Shown: positions 16,588 through 31,597 of the stretch, one piece after another
How positions within the stretch are numbered: the first letter of the stretch is position 1
How the letters are laid out: the number at the start of each line of letters is the position of its first letter
Assembly (NCBI RefSeq): GCF_009914755.1
Contig: NC_060927.1
DNA length: 64,000 nucleotides
Strand: one strand, 5' to 3'
Source of the DNA: the human T2T-CHM13v2.0 reference genome, Homo sapiens
Translations under genes and position numbers: made by a program
Notes under the pieces: generated by a model
What the model saw: only the letters and a program-made list of their open reading frames with translations
The model's database searches: none
What the model was told of the DNA's origin: nothing

Positions 16588-18879
16588 TAGCTCTCTGAAT
16601 ATACCTCTGTAACCCTTCTGCCCTTTAAAAATTAAAATTAAGGAGAAACACTGATTTTCGTCTCTAGAGGCAATGGGCTTAATTGCTAGAGGCTGTTTTG
16701 TATACGTAAAAGCAGGCGAGTTACCTTGGGAGGGAATAGTTCCCAGGATTGCTTATTTCTTTGAATGAGATTAATTGGAGACACCTTGACTCTTGCACCA
16801 GCTACATTAGCTTCAATGGCTAGGGTAACCATGGCATTTTGTAGCTGTGTATCTGTTTGTCAGGAGTTAACAAGTAATTATGTAACAAGTCTCTAGTTAT
16901 AATGATCACCTTTGGCTACACCATTTGCCCAGGGACTTGCCTTTTTTTTGTTTTTTTTTTGATCACCTGCTACCCAGCAGTGCTTTCTGAGTTTGCCAGC
17001 TGCAGTCCACCCATCTTCTGTTCAGCTAAACACGAACTGACCATATTTCAAAACTTACCTTTCTGAGAATCTAAAAACCCTCCATTAAAAGTTTGTGGGC
17101 CCACTGATAGCACAGAAAGGGCCTTGTAAACCAGGCAAGGAGGGGTCCTTAAGACTTTCCTTTTGATAAGTGTATCTTTCATTAGGAGAGTAAGTGCTTG
17201 TTCTGGCTAAACTGTCTTGCTTATAAAGTGTCTGAGAAGTAAGGAACAGCAACTCCTTTTAGAGGTTTAGCACACTAAATATGCTCTAGCATCAGTGGAG
17301 TCACGCAGATGAAAGCTGGGAAGGTTTTACAGGTGGTTTCCAGCACCAGCTTTACAGGATGGTAGAGGTTTGAGAAGATTTCCCAGATTTTTTTTCCTAC
17401 CCGTTACCCCACCCTGCTACCCCAACTTAGAATGAAGTTAATGGTTAAGGACTGGAAATAATAGAGAAGCTGAGGATCAAGTGTACAGTTAATAGCTTAA
17501 AAATTATTGGGAGGAAATTCTTAAAGTTTTGATAGGGACAGGGATATTTTGTTGGTTGAACTTTATCATCTTGTAATTAATGTCTTACTCTGTCTTTCCA
17601 GAGGGCAGCATAATTGATGGCATGATGGCTTGGGGTGCTGTGTGGGCTTATTTAGCATTTGTTCTTCAGGCCAATGCTCATTTCACGACTGGGGCCTCTG
17701 ATTCTGGAAAGAGTAATTTTGGATTTCAGGGTCTCACAACATTTTATGGAGTTCTAAAACTGGAAGCGACCTTAGGGACTACTTTCTATAACTTCCTTTT
17801 GACTAAGTGAAACAGGCCTGGGAAAGCTTGACTCGTTTAACCAAGGTGTATAGGTGAATAAGCAGAGGAGTTGTACCACCAAACCAGTATTTATGTCAAA
17901 ACTAATACTGCTTTGAGGATGATTTATGCTAAATTATCTTCTGATGTTATCCCCTTTCCCCCAAGGCAGCCAATGTTTTAACTCTCCCAAGCAGACAGAG
18001 TTATGTGTGGCTGTAGCCAAATTTGGGTACAATATGGAACAGGTGCTTGGCTGTTCTTGGGTGGTTGGTGAGTAGAGTTTCCTAAGCTTTAGTTATTTAT
18101 GTCCTACCTCCCTCAAGATTTCTACCCTACCCCTGTACCACCTGTACTTTTATTCTGAAGTTTTCTTTAAACTAATTTTTTAAGAAACTTTGTGTTTCCT
18201 GGGCAGTACTACACGTGGAGTCATGGATTTATTGAAATATATGTATATATAAAATTTATATCAAATCATGTTTACATACTATTTTTAATCTATTTGATAT
18301 TACATGCACACACGTATATGATTATACATAATAAAATGAGACCATTACTATTAACACTTTAAAAGTTCATCTGTGTATCGAAAACAACAGTTGTGTTCCA
18401 TTAGAGATAGCTGTGGTGGAAAATGCTGATTTAATGGAGGAAGTGTGGGCTTCCAAGTTGGGCCAACCTGGATTTAGCTTTTTTTTTTTTTTTGCAATTG
18501 TGTGGCCTTGGGCAAGTTGCATAGCCTCTCATTTGTAAATTAGTTTGTGCACTTCAGAAAAAATTTCAAACCAACATTTGTGTGAGAAAAGCCCTCCTCC
18601 TGGTAGAAGTTATTCTTGTCACCATAAATGTAATTTTTATTGTTGTTGTTAACCAGTGGTAATATATTTCAGAAAAGGGCTCCCAGAAGGTAGGGTGGAA
18701 CCCATGAACGAAGACCCATGTGGAGAAGTATGGGGGTGGGGCGGGGGGGAGAATATGGAAGCTTTAACCTGCCTGATGGATTGGTTATATTTTTTTGAGA
18801 GCTTGCTGTGCATCAGCATCCTGTAGGACTTCATTATATATTGTGTTATAATACTTTGCTTCCTACAAACAGACTGTGC

Positions 18880-19645
18880 TCAAGCCTTTAAAGCAGGGAA
18901 TCAGAAAACTGGCAGTCATCCTTGAGACCTCCTCCTTGCTTATACCCCATTCATCCATCAGCGTCTCTACATCCATGCGCACATCCTGTTCAGTTCCAAA
19001 ATATATTTCCAATCCACCAGATGCTCTCCAGTTTCACCAGTATGCTTGGTCTCCCTTCTGGCTTCAGGGTGACTTCTCTTCCCCAGGGCTCCTGCATATT
19101 CTGTTCTGGTCTTTCTGCCTGGACACCTGTCTAGCCACCCCCTCCCACTTAGCATTCCACTCAGCTCTTCTCACCTTAGCCTGTGGTTAGAAAGGTAGGC
19201 TCTGGTGCCAGTCTGCTTGGGTTGGGACCCTGGCTGTCCTGTTTATGTGCCCCTTATTCTCCCTATACTTCATTTTCCTTCCATATAGAGTGAGAGTGAT
19301 AATACTACTTAACTCATAGGGCTGTTGGAAGATTACCTAGATAGTATATGTAAAAAGCACTTAGAACAGAATCTGTCATAGATTCAGCCCCTATATGTTT
19401 GCTGTCATGAACTACTGTCATGCCTGCCCCTTCATCATTCAAGTCTCAGGCTTTTCTGATATATCATTTACAATTATATACTTATTTGCATCTTGCCATC
19501 TCCCCCTAATAGGTCAGTTTCATGAGGGCATGGATGAGGTCTGTTTTGGTATGGCAGAAGTACCTGGCACCTGCACAATTAGTTCCTAGAAGGCTGAGGG
19601 CACAAATATTTATTGGAACATGAATAAACTTGGGATGAATAAATT
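18880..19645 (+). mobile_element. L2 fragments with an inserted MIR
   Basis: Pyrimidine-rich L2-like body, MIR core (gtaaaaagcacttagaacag) at about 19190-19420, and L2 3' end (aaatatttattggaacatgaat). Confidence 0.6.
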
Positions 19646-19757
19646 AAAAAGGGAAATCCGGTGACTGAGGGCTGTTGGGGAAAGTCAAGGTTAAAGCTGA
19701 AAGTATCCTTTGCATCTATCTGCTTTGGAGCCTAGGTTAAGCCTGAAAGTAAAATTA

Positions 19758-20227
<470 letters not shown>

Positions 20228-20387
20228 TCAGGAGCTGTAGAGCCCCACCAGCAGGGACCTACGGGAATAATGGCCTGGTGTGCAGTGCAGGGGCTGCCCG
20301 AAGATATACACAGCATGACTTAGGAGAGCTGGTGGTGATGGTGGTGTCTGCATGCGGATATCCCAGAGTGGTGGTTCTTCAACTTCA

Positions 20388-20545
20388 GAGGACATTCAGA
20401 TTACCCTGAAGGCTGGTTGAAACAGATTGCTGGGTCTCTAAGATTCAGTAGGTCTGAGGTCAGGCCTCAGAAATTGCACTGGTGACAAGATCCCAGGTAA
20501 TCTGATGGTGCTGGTCTAGGGCCCCACTTCGAGAACCCTCACCTA
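20388..20545. mobile_element. MER5A-like hAT element
   Basis: gtggttcttcaactt, cagattgctggg, gattcagtaggtctg and ccacttcgagaacc motifs. Confidence 0.75.
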
Positions 20546-22116
20546 AAGGGAAGACATCCAGTTCTGCAGGGGCTAGAGCATTCTGCTTGATACGAGCAGG
20601 GCTGGATTAGACTTCTATGTATGGCTGAAGTTGCAGTAGTTTGGTTTAACAGCCAACCCAGCCAAGATTTGGTGTTCTTGTCCCAGAATTTGTGCCCTCT
20701 CTTAGTTCAGATCTAAGGGAATGGACCAGGAAGTCTCAGTCCCCCTCCAGTGGCTTTTTCCATTACACTTGAAATAAAATGCAAACCCTTTACCTTGGCC
20801 TTCAAGGCCCTACCAGTCTGGCCCTTGTTCACCTCTGCAGTCATTGCCTGCAGCCAAACAGCCTGGCTTTGAGTTCTGGCTACTCTGTTTACTGCCTGTT
20901 TGACTCAGCTTCCTCAACCATGGAATGAGGTTTGTATTTCTTCCAACTTCATAGAGTTGCTGGGAAGAGAAAATGAGCTAATGTATGCAAAGTGTGTAGA
21001 ATCGTGCCTGTCACACAGGCAGCACTCAACACAGGTCAGCCACTATTAGCTGATCCCTTATTAAAGGATGCTGGGGGTCTCCTGTTGTACTTAACCATAA
21101 CAGCCACAAGATCCTGCCTTTCAAGATCTGGGCTTTGAGTCACCCCTTCCAACTTGCTGTGTGGTGGGACCACAGGCTGCCTCTCTCTTCTTCCAACAGG
21201 CCTAGCTTCTTTGTGTATAGGTTCCTGTCCCTTGCTCTCTGCAGCAGTTTTGTTTCCTGTCATTTGGTTCTTAGCTCGGAAACTCCCCCACAGGGAGGCC
21301 TTCCTTGCAGCCTGTCTTCCCTCATCCTTGCCAGTTCATTTCCCTGAGTTAATATGTTTTGTAGCGCTTGTCACTGAAATGCAATTATTAGGATGCTATT
21401 CTCTCCATGGCCTGCCTTCCAGCTGGAATGTAAGCTGCATGAGAGCAGAGGCTTGTCTGTGGTGTTCACATCTGTGAACGGCCTAGTGCCTGGGAGTAGA
21501 CTAGGTGCTCAGTAAATACTTCATGAAGAAATTAATAAATGCAGAAAGAACTATTAATGAGCAATTGTGAGTATTTATAACATTTAACTATCTCAATGCT
21601 TGGTTTATTTTGGTAACTCCTGTTAGTTTTCTTGTTAGCATCGAAAACTCTTAAAGGCATGAATGCCTGTTTTAGAGGCAGCTGGGGAAGTGGAGTGAGG
21701 GAGGTGGAAAGTTTGTTTCTTCAAAAGGGGAGGATGTTGATAAAGTTTTCTGGGAAGAAAGGACAGGTTGACCAGTTGACTTGGGGGACCAAAAGAGGAG
21801 GCAAGGGAGATACTTCATTTCAGAAAGCTCCTCACCTGAGACTAATTGGCTGGCCCCAGGCGCTGCTGCAGACCTCCCAGAATCCCAGTGTTCAGGGAGG
21901 AACTGATGTTTGTGCTTAACTCATGCCTCAGGTGACTCTTAGGAGAGGAGCAGTGTAGGAAGCACTGGTTGGGAGGTCCTGCTGTTTTCAGCTTCTCACA
22001 GTTTGCTACCCAAACTCTATGGCCAGGGAGGAGGAACTCAGCTGGTTGTCATTTTTCAGGGTCTGCCAGCCTCTGCAGCCGAATGTGAAAGATGCTTGTT
22101 AAAAATGGACATATAT

Positions 22117-22369
22117 ACTTTGGGAGACCAAGGCTGGAGGATTGCTTGAAAGTAGAAATTTGAGGCCAGCCTGGGCAACATAGTGAGACACCCATCTCTA
22201 CAAAAAATTCAGAAAGCCAGGTTTGGTGGTGCACACCTGCGGTCCCAGCTACTAGGGAGGTCAAGGTAGGAGGATCACTTGAGCCCAGGAGGTCAAGGCT
22301 GCAGTGAGCTGTGATCTTGCCATTGCACTCCAGCTTGGGCTATAGAGTGGTACCCTGTCTCTTAAAAAA
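22117..22369 (+). mobile_element. AluJ, 5' truncated, inside a MER5-like element
   Basis: AluJ-type gcaacatagtgagac and aggatcacttgagcccaggagg. Confidence 0.88.
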
Positions 22370-24229
22370 TGCAGATAAAGTGGCCCACCTCTACCCCAGA
22401 AATGCTGAGTCAGAATTCTGGGAAGGAAGCTCAGAAATTTGCATTTTAAACAAGCTTTCTAGGTGATTCCGAAACATGTCAAGCTTGAAAACCTTTGCTT
22501 TAGTTTGCTATCCTTATCTGTAGAGAGCATTGTGAACTGGGCTCCCCCTTATTCCTACCTGCTGCCCTTGATTTGATATATTAGAATCTTTTGGATAATA
22601 AATACTACTCGAAGTATAGTACCTTTTGGTACTAAACAGTGCAAATGAGTTTAGTTACTTTCCTCCTTGAAGTTCTAATAACAATGGTTCCCAGCATAGG
22701 CTTGTTTTCTGTTGCTGTACACAGTTTATAGCAGAGGAGAGTTTTATGCCTTGGTTTTGAAATAGCTATATCTCCCTTCTGCATGCACTTGGCTAAACTG
22801 GGGTATAAGCGAGCAGGTCTTGCTTTGTTCCATGAAGCCATTCTTTGAACTTGTCAGGGTTGAGGGATTTTCTTTGACTGTGTCCCTGGGTTCTCAGTTT
22901 TGCTCTTTGGGGACCCCGTAAGGCTGTCAGTTAGGGGTACAACCACTGTCCTTTAGCCTGTCAGATATTTCCCTTGGACTAGTACCTGAGGAGATGAAAT
23001 GTGATCCTTTAGGAGGTTGGAGGACCACACAATGAGATCTGGAGAGTAAACTGCACTGGGTGAGCACGAGGTAGGAGAGGATGAGGATGCACAGAGTTGA
23101 AAGATTCTAGTTGAACCAGTTAATAGTGCCACCCGCAGGTGTGTGCACGTGTGTGTCTGCACATGCATATATGCACCAGTGTGTGAAGACAGTGCTCCTC
23201 GTTAGTGTAGTAGAGAGTTAAAGAAAAAAGAAAAGCAGAAGTAGAAGCATAGAGTAAGTGAAACTTGCAAACTACAAGAACTGTGATGTATTTCTTCTGA
23301 AGCTCTCCTCCCATGAGGTTCTGGGAACACCATTCTCAGGGCTTCTAGACTAGGCAGGAATTTGAGAAGTTGGAATGATCCACAAGAATGAACATGATGA
23401 AAGATGTTAAAATGTCAAGTCTCTTGAGCAGTGAAGGAAGGGGTGATTGACTTAGCTTGGAGAAAAGCTAACTTCAGAATCTGAGAAAAACCAGGTGGAG
23501 GGAAGAAATCCAATTGAAATGTAGAGGGGACGCTCTTACCTCCTACGTATTCCTCCCCAAAAAGGGAGCATGGAAACACTTGGACTTTTAATTACCTTTA
23601 GATAATTTCTAAAGCTGGGTGATGGTGACAAGGGAGTTCATGATACTGTTCTCTTTCTCTTAGAAAATGTGTATGTATATGTAAAGAACAATGTCATTAA
23701 GTTATACAGTAGCTTAATTTTGACTTAAAAATATATATACACAATCTAGAAGGATTACCACTCACATGCAACCAGTTATCTCTGGGGGATAGGATTAAGG
23801 ATGATTTTTATTTTCTTCTTTGTACTAATTTGTATTCTAAGCTGTAACAATAGATATGTACTACTTTTGTCATTGGAGGAAGTACATTAAAGAATAATTA
23901 TTAAGTAACTTTGACTGATTTAGAGAAATGGGTTTCTGTTAGTTTCAAGCCAACCTAGAGCCCCTTTAGGTGGTGCCTAGGCAGAGGGATCTCCTAGGGT
24001 ATAGATAGAAGCATTTATGTACCTGCGATCTGCCAAAAGCTGGATAGGGCTGGAGTTAGGACTGTTAGGTGATCATTCCAGCTCCACGACTTGAACAGTG
24101 CGATATCGGGCAGTTTGGCCATTTTCCTCACCTATAAGCTGCAGAGAATAATATCTGATATATAGAGCATTTTAAATGTGAAGTAGCATTGTAAACTTAA
24201 CTTTTTAATCAAATGTAAGGTATAAATTC

Positions 24230-24700
<471 letters not shown>

Positions 24701-25365
24701 TGTAGTTATAGATGGCAGACACTTTGTTGGCTACTTCAACATGATTATTATCCTGCTTTTCCCTTGCCTGCTTCTCACTAAAAACTTTTTTTTCTTTTTT
24801 TTTAAAGCCAGATCCTAGCAAGGCTCAGTGGTGCATGCCTGTAATCCCAGCTACTCTGGGGACTGAGGTGGGAGAATCACTTGAGCCTAGGAGTTCAATA
24901 GTAGCCTGGGCAACATAGTGAGAGCCGATCTCAAAAGAAAGCCAGATTATCACTTTCCTAGTTTCCCTTGCATGTTGAGATAAGCATATAACTTAACTCT
25001 GGCCCAAGAAATTTAATGAAAATCTGGACTCCTGGAAAATATTTGTTTCCTGTCTGATAAAAGTACAGGCACAGAAGGAGAATGGCATCTCCTGATGACC
25101 TGAAGTCTCCTTAGTTTTCTATCTTTGGAAAGGTAGTAAAAGAACATGATAGCTGGATCTGGGGCAACCATCTTATGGCCTTGTGGCAACAAGCCTATGG
25201 AGAAAAGACAACATGAGGAGTCAGTTGAGTGGCTTTATGAAATCGCTAGGCTGCTAAACTGACCTTGGGACCACTTCTCCTTGGACTTCTTGTTAAGTAA
25301 ACAGTGCATAGCTATCCTCATGGTTTAAGCCACAGTTGGACCATATGTCAATTTCTTATAGCCAT
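24701..25365 (+). mobile_element. Old MLT1 LTR containing a FLAM/Alu monomer (24822-24940)
   Basis: MLT1 motifs (gcaaccatctt, ggacttcttgttaagt, tttaagccac); monomer flanked by TSD AAAGCCAGAT. Confidence 0.65.
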
Positions 25366-26664
25366 ATAATGTTGTTAAGGTACTTTCTGTTTATATTTTG
25401 GTATCCTTGAATAATCATGAGGGCCACTCCCCCCGCCCCACACCCACCCCCTTTTTTTTCCTCAGGGATTACACATTCCAGGAACTCTCCTGCTCTTTGG
25501 CTTCATGAGGAATATATGGCAAGAGACAAAGAGCAGTGGCATCTTGTCCATTAGGCAGTGCATTCTGACTTGGTCCTATCAGAAATGGAGGGGGAGCTGA
25601 ACAGCGGCCTCCTTTATTTATATCTGTTTCTGGCAGAAAGCATTTTGGTGGGAAGGGAGGAAGAAGCCTGTTCTGTTTTGCTGAGAGAGGGAGATTCTGT
25701 AGGTCTGCTATTTTGGGGGGGGAAGCCATGCATGTTTATAGCTAGAAGGGAACTTTGAGGTGGATTGTTCTAACCATCTCATTCAATACAAAAGGAAATT
25801 GAGTCCCAGGCAGGTTAAAGTGGCTTGTCAAAGCAGATCTGGGCCAAGCACTTGTGTGCCCTGATTTGTTCTTGCAACTTTACTTGGCCTGTCTGTAAAC
25901 AGCCTCCCCTTCTGGTAAACACCCTCACGTTGCCCTGGAAATGAGAATCACTCTGCAATTTAGGGCACCCGGTGCCTCTTTGAGAGCTGGTAACTCTTCA
26001 GCTCACCACTTGATCCTCTCAGAGCTTGCCAGATCTTGTGTGGTGTTTCCTGGGCAGGGGGAAGAATGCTTCAGAAGCTCATGCATTTTTGTCATTGTGT
26101 TTTTTGATGGAAGGTTCCCAGACCTATCTGCAGCCTCTGGGGATAGCTCTGGCATTGGCATTTGTGGACTGTGTGTGTGCTGGAGGTCATTTCTATCTAG
26201 TTTCACTTCCTTGGTTGAGATACCCCCTTATTTATGGGCAGCTCTCTTGAGAGAGACGCACACAAGCGGTACCAGTTGCCCAGTTCCCGGAAGCGATATG
26301 TACATGACATTCTATATAAATGGATCTTTCTTAGTTGTACAATGCTGTGACCCTGAGAAGAGGAGAAAAATATTAGCCATTGGATTTTATTTTCCATGTT
26401 TTGCACAAAATCTTACTATAACATATGCATGCCAAACAAATTCAGTCATTCAGCAAATGACTGAGCACCTTGTAGGCTCTTTGCCAGCTGTGGCACTATG
26501 AGGACAGGACCACAGACTTGTATTTCCTACTGTGTCACTGACTTCCAACCCAGTGCCTGGCCTGCACCGAGGACTCAAAACTTTCTTTTATGAATGCATA
26601 TGAGAATCCACAAATGCTAAGAGCATTAGATATAGTCCCAGTGCCCCAGGCCTTCAGTCTAGAG

Positions 26665-26897
26665 CAGTGGATTTCAACTGGCGAGGGGCGAGAGTGCATT
26701 TTCTTTCTCTCTCCTCAGGATGTTGGCAGTGTCTGGAGACATTTTGGGTTGCCACAACTGGGTGTGTGTCTTGGTACTTGCATATAGTGAGTAGAAGCCA
26801 GGGATGCTGCTAATGTTCACCAATGCACCAAACAACCCCCTACACCAAAGACTTAACTGGCCCCTGCTATCAGTAGTTCCGGGGTTGAGAAACTGTC
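26665..26897. mobile_element. MER20 (hAT-Charlie)
   Basis: ggcagtgtctggagacattttg, gtagaagccagggatgctgctaa and gttgagaaac motifs; perfect 8-bp TSD GTCTAGAG at 26657-26664 and 26898-26905. Confidence 0.9.
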
Positions 26898-27390
26898 GTC
26901 TAGAGGGAGTGATGGACTTGTAAATGAGGAGCACAATGTTTCAGATATTCTTTAAGAGGAAGGTACAAAGTGCTGTGGATAGAGAAAGAGATTTTTGAAT
27001 CTGGAACTTGGAGGGTGTGTAGGAGTGGATGGGGTTGAGGATAGGGAAGAAGATTAATTCCAGGACGAAGGAGCAGCACATGCAAAGGGTCGCAGGACAA
27101 AATGATATGGGTGTGCCTTCGGCTGTGGGCCTGCCGCATGGTGCGGGGCATCCAGGGGAGAGCTGGGTTGGTGTGGGAAAGAAAGATGGGACACAGTCAT
27201 GGGGATCTTTACTTTGTGGAGGCTTTTGGGTATTATGGTGGAGGAAGCCAGCCACCATTCAAGGGTGATAAGGGAATGAGATTTAAGATGATTGAGGGTT
27301 GCAGTTTCAAGGGACAGTGCCTCTGAGGGTCATATTGAGGCAGAAGGATTGCCTAGCTAGGTGGTCCCTGACATTCAGAACTGGAAGTGG

Positions 27391-27822
27391 GTGATTGGTT
27401 TCCTGGGGCTGCCATAACAAATGACTACAAACTGGGTGGCTTAAACCAACATTCGCTCATTCCCTCACAGTTCTAGAGGCCAGAAATCTGAAATCTGGGT
27501 GTTGGCAGGGCCACGTTCCCTCTGAAGGCTCTAGGAGGAGACTTCTTCCTTGCCTCCTTCAGCCTGTGGTGGCTCCAGGTGTTTGTGGGCTTCTTTGACT
27601 TGTGTCCACACATCACTAATTTTTGCCTCCATCTTTACATGGTCTTCTCCACTTTACATGGTCTTCCTCTGGGTGTCTCTTATAAGGACACTTGTCATTG
27701 GATTTAGGGCCCACCCAGATAATCTATGATGATCTCATCCTTAATTACATCTGTAAAGACCCTTTTTCCAAATGAGGTCACATTAACAGGTTGTGGGATT
27801 TGATGTGAATATCTTTTAGGGG
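27391..27822 (-). mobile_element. MLT1B/C-type MaLR LTR
   Basis: gctgccataacaaatgactacaaactgggtggcttaaa, cttataaggacacttgtcattggatttagggcccac and ttacatctgtaaagaccctttttccaaat motifs. Confidence 0.85.
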
Positions 27823-27870
27823 AGTGTTTTTTGGTCTGTGGGATTGGGAAGCTCAGGAAGAAAGGAGGGG

Positions 27871-28229
27871 TGTATTAGCCTGTTTTCACACTGCTGATAA
27901 AACGACATACCTGAGACTGGGTAATTTATAAAGAAAAAGAGGTTTAATGCACTCGCAGTTCCATGTGGCTGGGGACGCCTCACAATCATGGTGGAAGGTG
28001 AAAGCCATGTCTTACATGGTGGCAGGCAAGAGAGAATGAGAACCAAGTGAAAGGGAAAACCCCTTATAAAACCATCAGCTCTCATGAGATTACTACCAAG
28101 AGAAAGATATGGGGGAAACTGTACCCGTGATTCATTTATCTCCCACCAGGTCCCTCCCATAACAGGTGGGGATTATGGGAACTACAATTCAAGATGAGAT
28201 TTGGGTGGGGAAACAGCCAAACCATATCA
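27871..28229 (-). mobile_element. THE1-type solo LTR (ERVL-MaLR)
   Basis: Complete LTR with TG...CA ends (tgtattagcc...ccaaaccatatca) and a perfect 5-bp TSD AGGGG at 27866-27870 and 28230-28234. Confidence 0.93.
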
Positions 28230-28335
28230 AGGGGTGAATTTATGAGAAACGTTATTTGGATGGCAGAATCAATAAGGTGAATATGTGAAGTAAGAGGAAG
28301 GAGCATGAGAATTTACCAACACTTTTAGCTTAAGC

Positions 28336-28690
28336 CAGTGGTTTCCAAACTTTCTGCTCTTGGGAGTCTTAAAGATTGAGGATCTATTAAGCTTTTATTT
28401 ATGTAGGTTACATCTCTCAATAATTACTGTGTTAGAAATTAAAACTGAGAAATTTGAATACATATTCATTAAAAAATCATAGTCAACCAATTTCATGTTA
28501 AACTGTGTTTTTTTAATGGAAAATAACTTTTTCCCCAAACAAAAAATAGTGAAAAAAGAGTGGCATTATTTTACATTTTTGCATATCTCTTTAATGTCTA
28601 GACTTTTGTATTTAGTTCTGCATTCAATCTGTTTTGAGACATTGTTTGGGTTGAAGAGCATGCAGAAAATCTGGCCTTTCACAGACAAAT
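28336..28690. mobile_element. hAT-Charlie fragment
   Basis: cagtggtttccaaacttt terminus and ttagaaattaaaactgagaaattt motif. Confidence 0.6.
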
Positions 28691-29969
28691 AGTTAAAATG
28701 TTCTCGAGAGCTCCAGAGGTATTGGACTTGGAAAACTACTTGTTTAGACTGTTGGGTAGGTAGATCAATGGTGGTCCGTAAACTAACATGCCATAGGGAA
28801 CAAAGTAATTTAACTGTTTTCCAAGGATGGGGTGGGTGAGGGAGGGGAGGAGAGAATGAGTTCATTTCTGAATGCTTCCAATGTGATATATTCATAAATA
28901 ATTGAAGTCATGGGTGTGATTACCTGTTGAGAGTGTGCAAAGAGATGGAGGATCTGGATGACCTGGAGAGATGGAAGTTTCTAGGGATAGACTTCCTGGA
29001 CTCAGGGGATCTCTGAGGGCAGTTGATAGGGATTTATGGGTACAGATACTAAGTGACCCAAAGAGACAGTTAACATCGGTGAGATTCCAGCTCCATTTGC
29101 CTCCTCTTAGTTTTCCTTTATCAGTCTGAGCGAGGCTGAACTGGCCCTGAGGCAGGGGATTGAGGACCCAAGGGAAGTGATAGCTTTGACCTTGTTATAA
29201 ATCTCTTCTTCTTAGAAAGGAGAGGAGACGGAATTGACACAGGGCTCCCCACTTACCTTGAATTTTCTACAGGCATTTCCAGAGTCAGTTGGAATGTGCC
29301 AAGATTTCCCTCAGTAAGAATAACTCAGCCTTCAACCCACATCCAATGTGCTGCAGATCAGCTGTGCAACTGCCTCCTTGTTGTCAATTAAAATTTGGTA
29401 GAATTTGCTGCTTTCCTTTTCCAGCCATTTCATTCATGGATAATCTAATGAGGTTGTTGAGATTTGGACTATTTAAGGCATTGGCAGGAGTGAAGAACTA
29501 ATAAAAATGTATTTTGTTTGAAGTGTTGTTGGAATTTTTTGCTAAGATGCTCGTTTACTTAAAGGTATGGAGGATCTATCAAAACTGTGGCTGAGGCAGT
29601 GCTAAATAATTTATCATTCTCCTGAGTTCTGCGAGGAAGGTTAATATTGACATTGCTTAGGTTCTTTTTCATCTTCTTTTTTAATAAAGCTTCACACAGT
29701 GCTGTTATTTGACAGTATGGAGTCAGAGTTGTTTTTACTCTGGTCAGTTTCAGACTAAATGTAAACTCCCTCTTGAAAAAGATTCTTTATGAATTGGAGA
29801 CACTATTTACATTTCTACTACTCACTTGAATCTGCTTTTAAGTTATTGACTAATTGAAATGTTTTTGAAATTATATTTTCGTTTACTTAGTACTTGATAT
29901 GTGTCTTCCACTGTGTTAGGTGATATGGGGGTGTAGAAAAGAAATAGAAGCCTCCTATCTGTCTCCTCT

Positions 29970-30200
29970 AGAAATGTGCTTCTCAAAATAACTGTGGCGA
30001 AGGATCAGTTTTTAGAAAAATTAATTTTCAATCTGTTGTAGATTAATATAAAAATGAATTACCAGGAAAATGAAATGCTGCTTGAATGTAGTGGTAATGT
30101 CAAATTGCTGTAAAAGTTTTCAAATACTCTTAGTTTTTGCACATTTTATGTTGAGGACCAGTGACAGTATCAGACCACACTCAGGGTGGTAGCAATGCTC
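29970..30200. mobile_element. hAT-Charlie MER-type element
   Basis: gtgcttctcaaa...tgtggcgaaggatcagtttt start and gaccacact...gtagcaatgctct end. Confidence 0.55.
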
Positions 30201-30324
30201 TGGAAGTTAATGTCGGTTTACCTACCCACATAAAACAATTTTTAAAATGACTAATTCATTAGTTTTATTTATTTATTTGAAAATTGAAGAATAACATTCC
30301 GTAGAGTGTACAAAGTGCCACATG

Positions 30325-30540
30325 ACATTATAATAGCCACTATTTATTGTGTTTGTTGTTCTGAGTGCTTTAGGTGTTTGGTGTTATGCCAGCCTCACGG
30401 TACCTGTGAGGTGGTCATTATTATCTCTTGCTTAGAAATGAAGAAACTGAGGCACAGAGAGGTACTTAACTTGCCCAGGGTCATTGAGTGGCATAGTGAT
30501 GGAGTTGGACTCTCTGAGCCCATGCTGTAAACATTCTGCT
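30325..30540 (-). mobile_element. MIR
   Basis: Core atgaagaaactgaggcacagagaggt...acttgcccagggtca. Confidence 0.75.
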
Positions 30541-31597
30541 CTATTTATATAGTGAGTCTAAGAATGCTGCGTGAGTTCAGAAAAGAGAGGGCTGGATACA
30601 TGGAGGATACACTGGCTGATGTAGGGTCTTGAGAAAGGCAGGACCTGAATGGGTGGGACATGCTGTATCCTCTCATAAGAAAAAGCTGGAAGGGAGGAGG
30701 AGGGGGGCAGTTTTTCTGCAGATCAGGCCTGGTGGAGCGTCTGCTGGAGCCCCAGCAGGTTGGGGGGTGGGGGATGGTGGTGAGCTCACGTGGTTTTGCT
30801 GTTAGATTTATCTCACTAGCTCATGCCTAATAAATCCAGTGTGGGAGACAGTGGAGTCGGAGAGGCTGGGAGGGAGACGACTCTAGTAACCAAAGCGTGA
30901 AGTAAAAAGAGCCCGACTGATCAGGGCTTTAAATAGGACTGGAGAAGAATTGGCAGTTGGTGACAGATTGGTCAAAGGAAAGGAAGAGAGGAGAATAGAC
31001 AACACTCATATTTCTTGGAACACTGTTCAGCTAGGATAGTAGGTCCTGTTGCTTGAGGACCTCAGAGTGACACAGTTTTGTACTCAGTCTTCAGTGATGG
31101 GACAGGCATTTGAATTCCTTGGGTGCTGAATTGGAATGAATACTCAGACTCCCACCCACCCTGTGACTTCTAACTGGCATTAACTGATTTACTTGAAGGT
31201 CTTATTATTAAAAGGGCCCTTGTAGCTTTGGTTTATACTGCTTGTCCTGTGCTTTAAATCTCCCTTTAACGCCTGTTATTGACCTCCTTGTGGGCTGCTT
31301 GGGTGATAGTTAATCACCAGATTTGCTTGGAAGGTTTCCTAAGCTTGGTGGAGGATGAGCAAGCCCCCTGAAAATAAAAAGGGTGGAGGCTGAGAAGTGC
31401 TAACAGAGGTTAACTGTTTAGACTAGTTTTTCTGAGGTTTACCAGGGGAAATTTGTTTCCTTGACTCAAAATTATACGTTTAGCCCGTTTCTGAATAATT
31501 GGCCTAAAAGTAATGAACAAAATTGCCACCACCAACAGCAAAAAAGAGACATTTCCATTCTCTTTCCCCTCTTTTCCAAGCCAGAAGAAGGATGTTC

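Noticed and set aside
27633-27670. Short direct duplications (ctttacatggtcttc twice; also tatatttaaagtat twice near 35960-35995)
   Set aside because: Ordinary slippage events inside old repeats.
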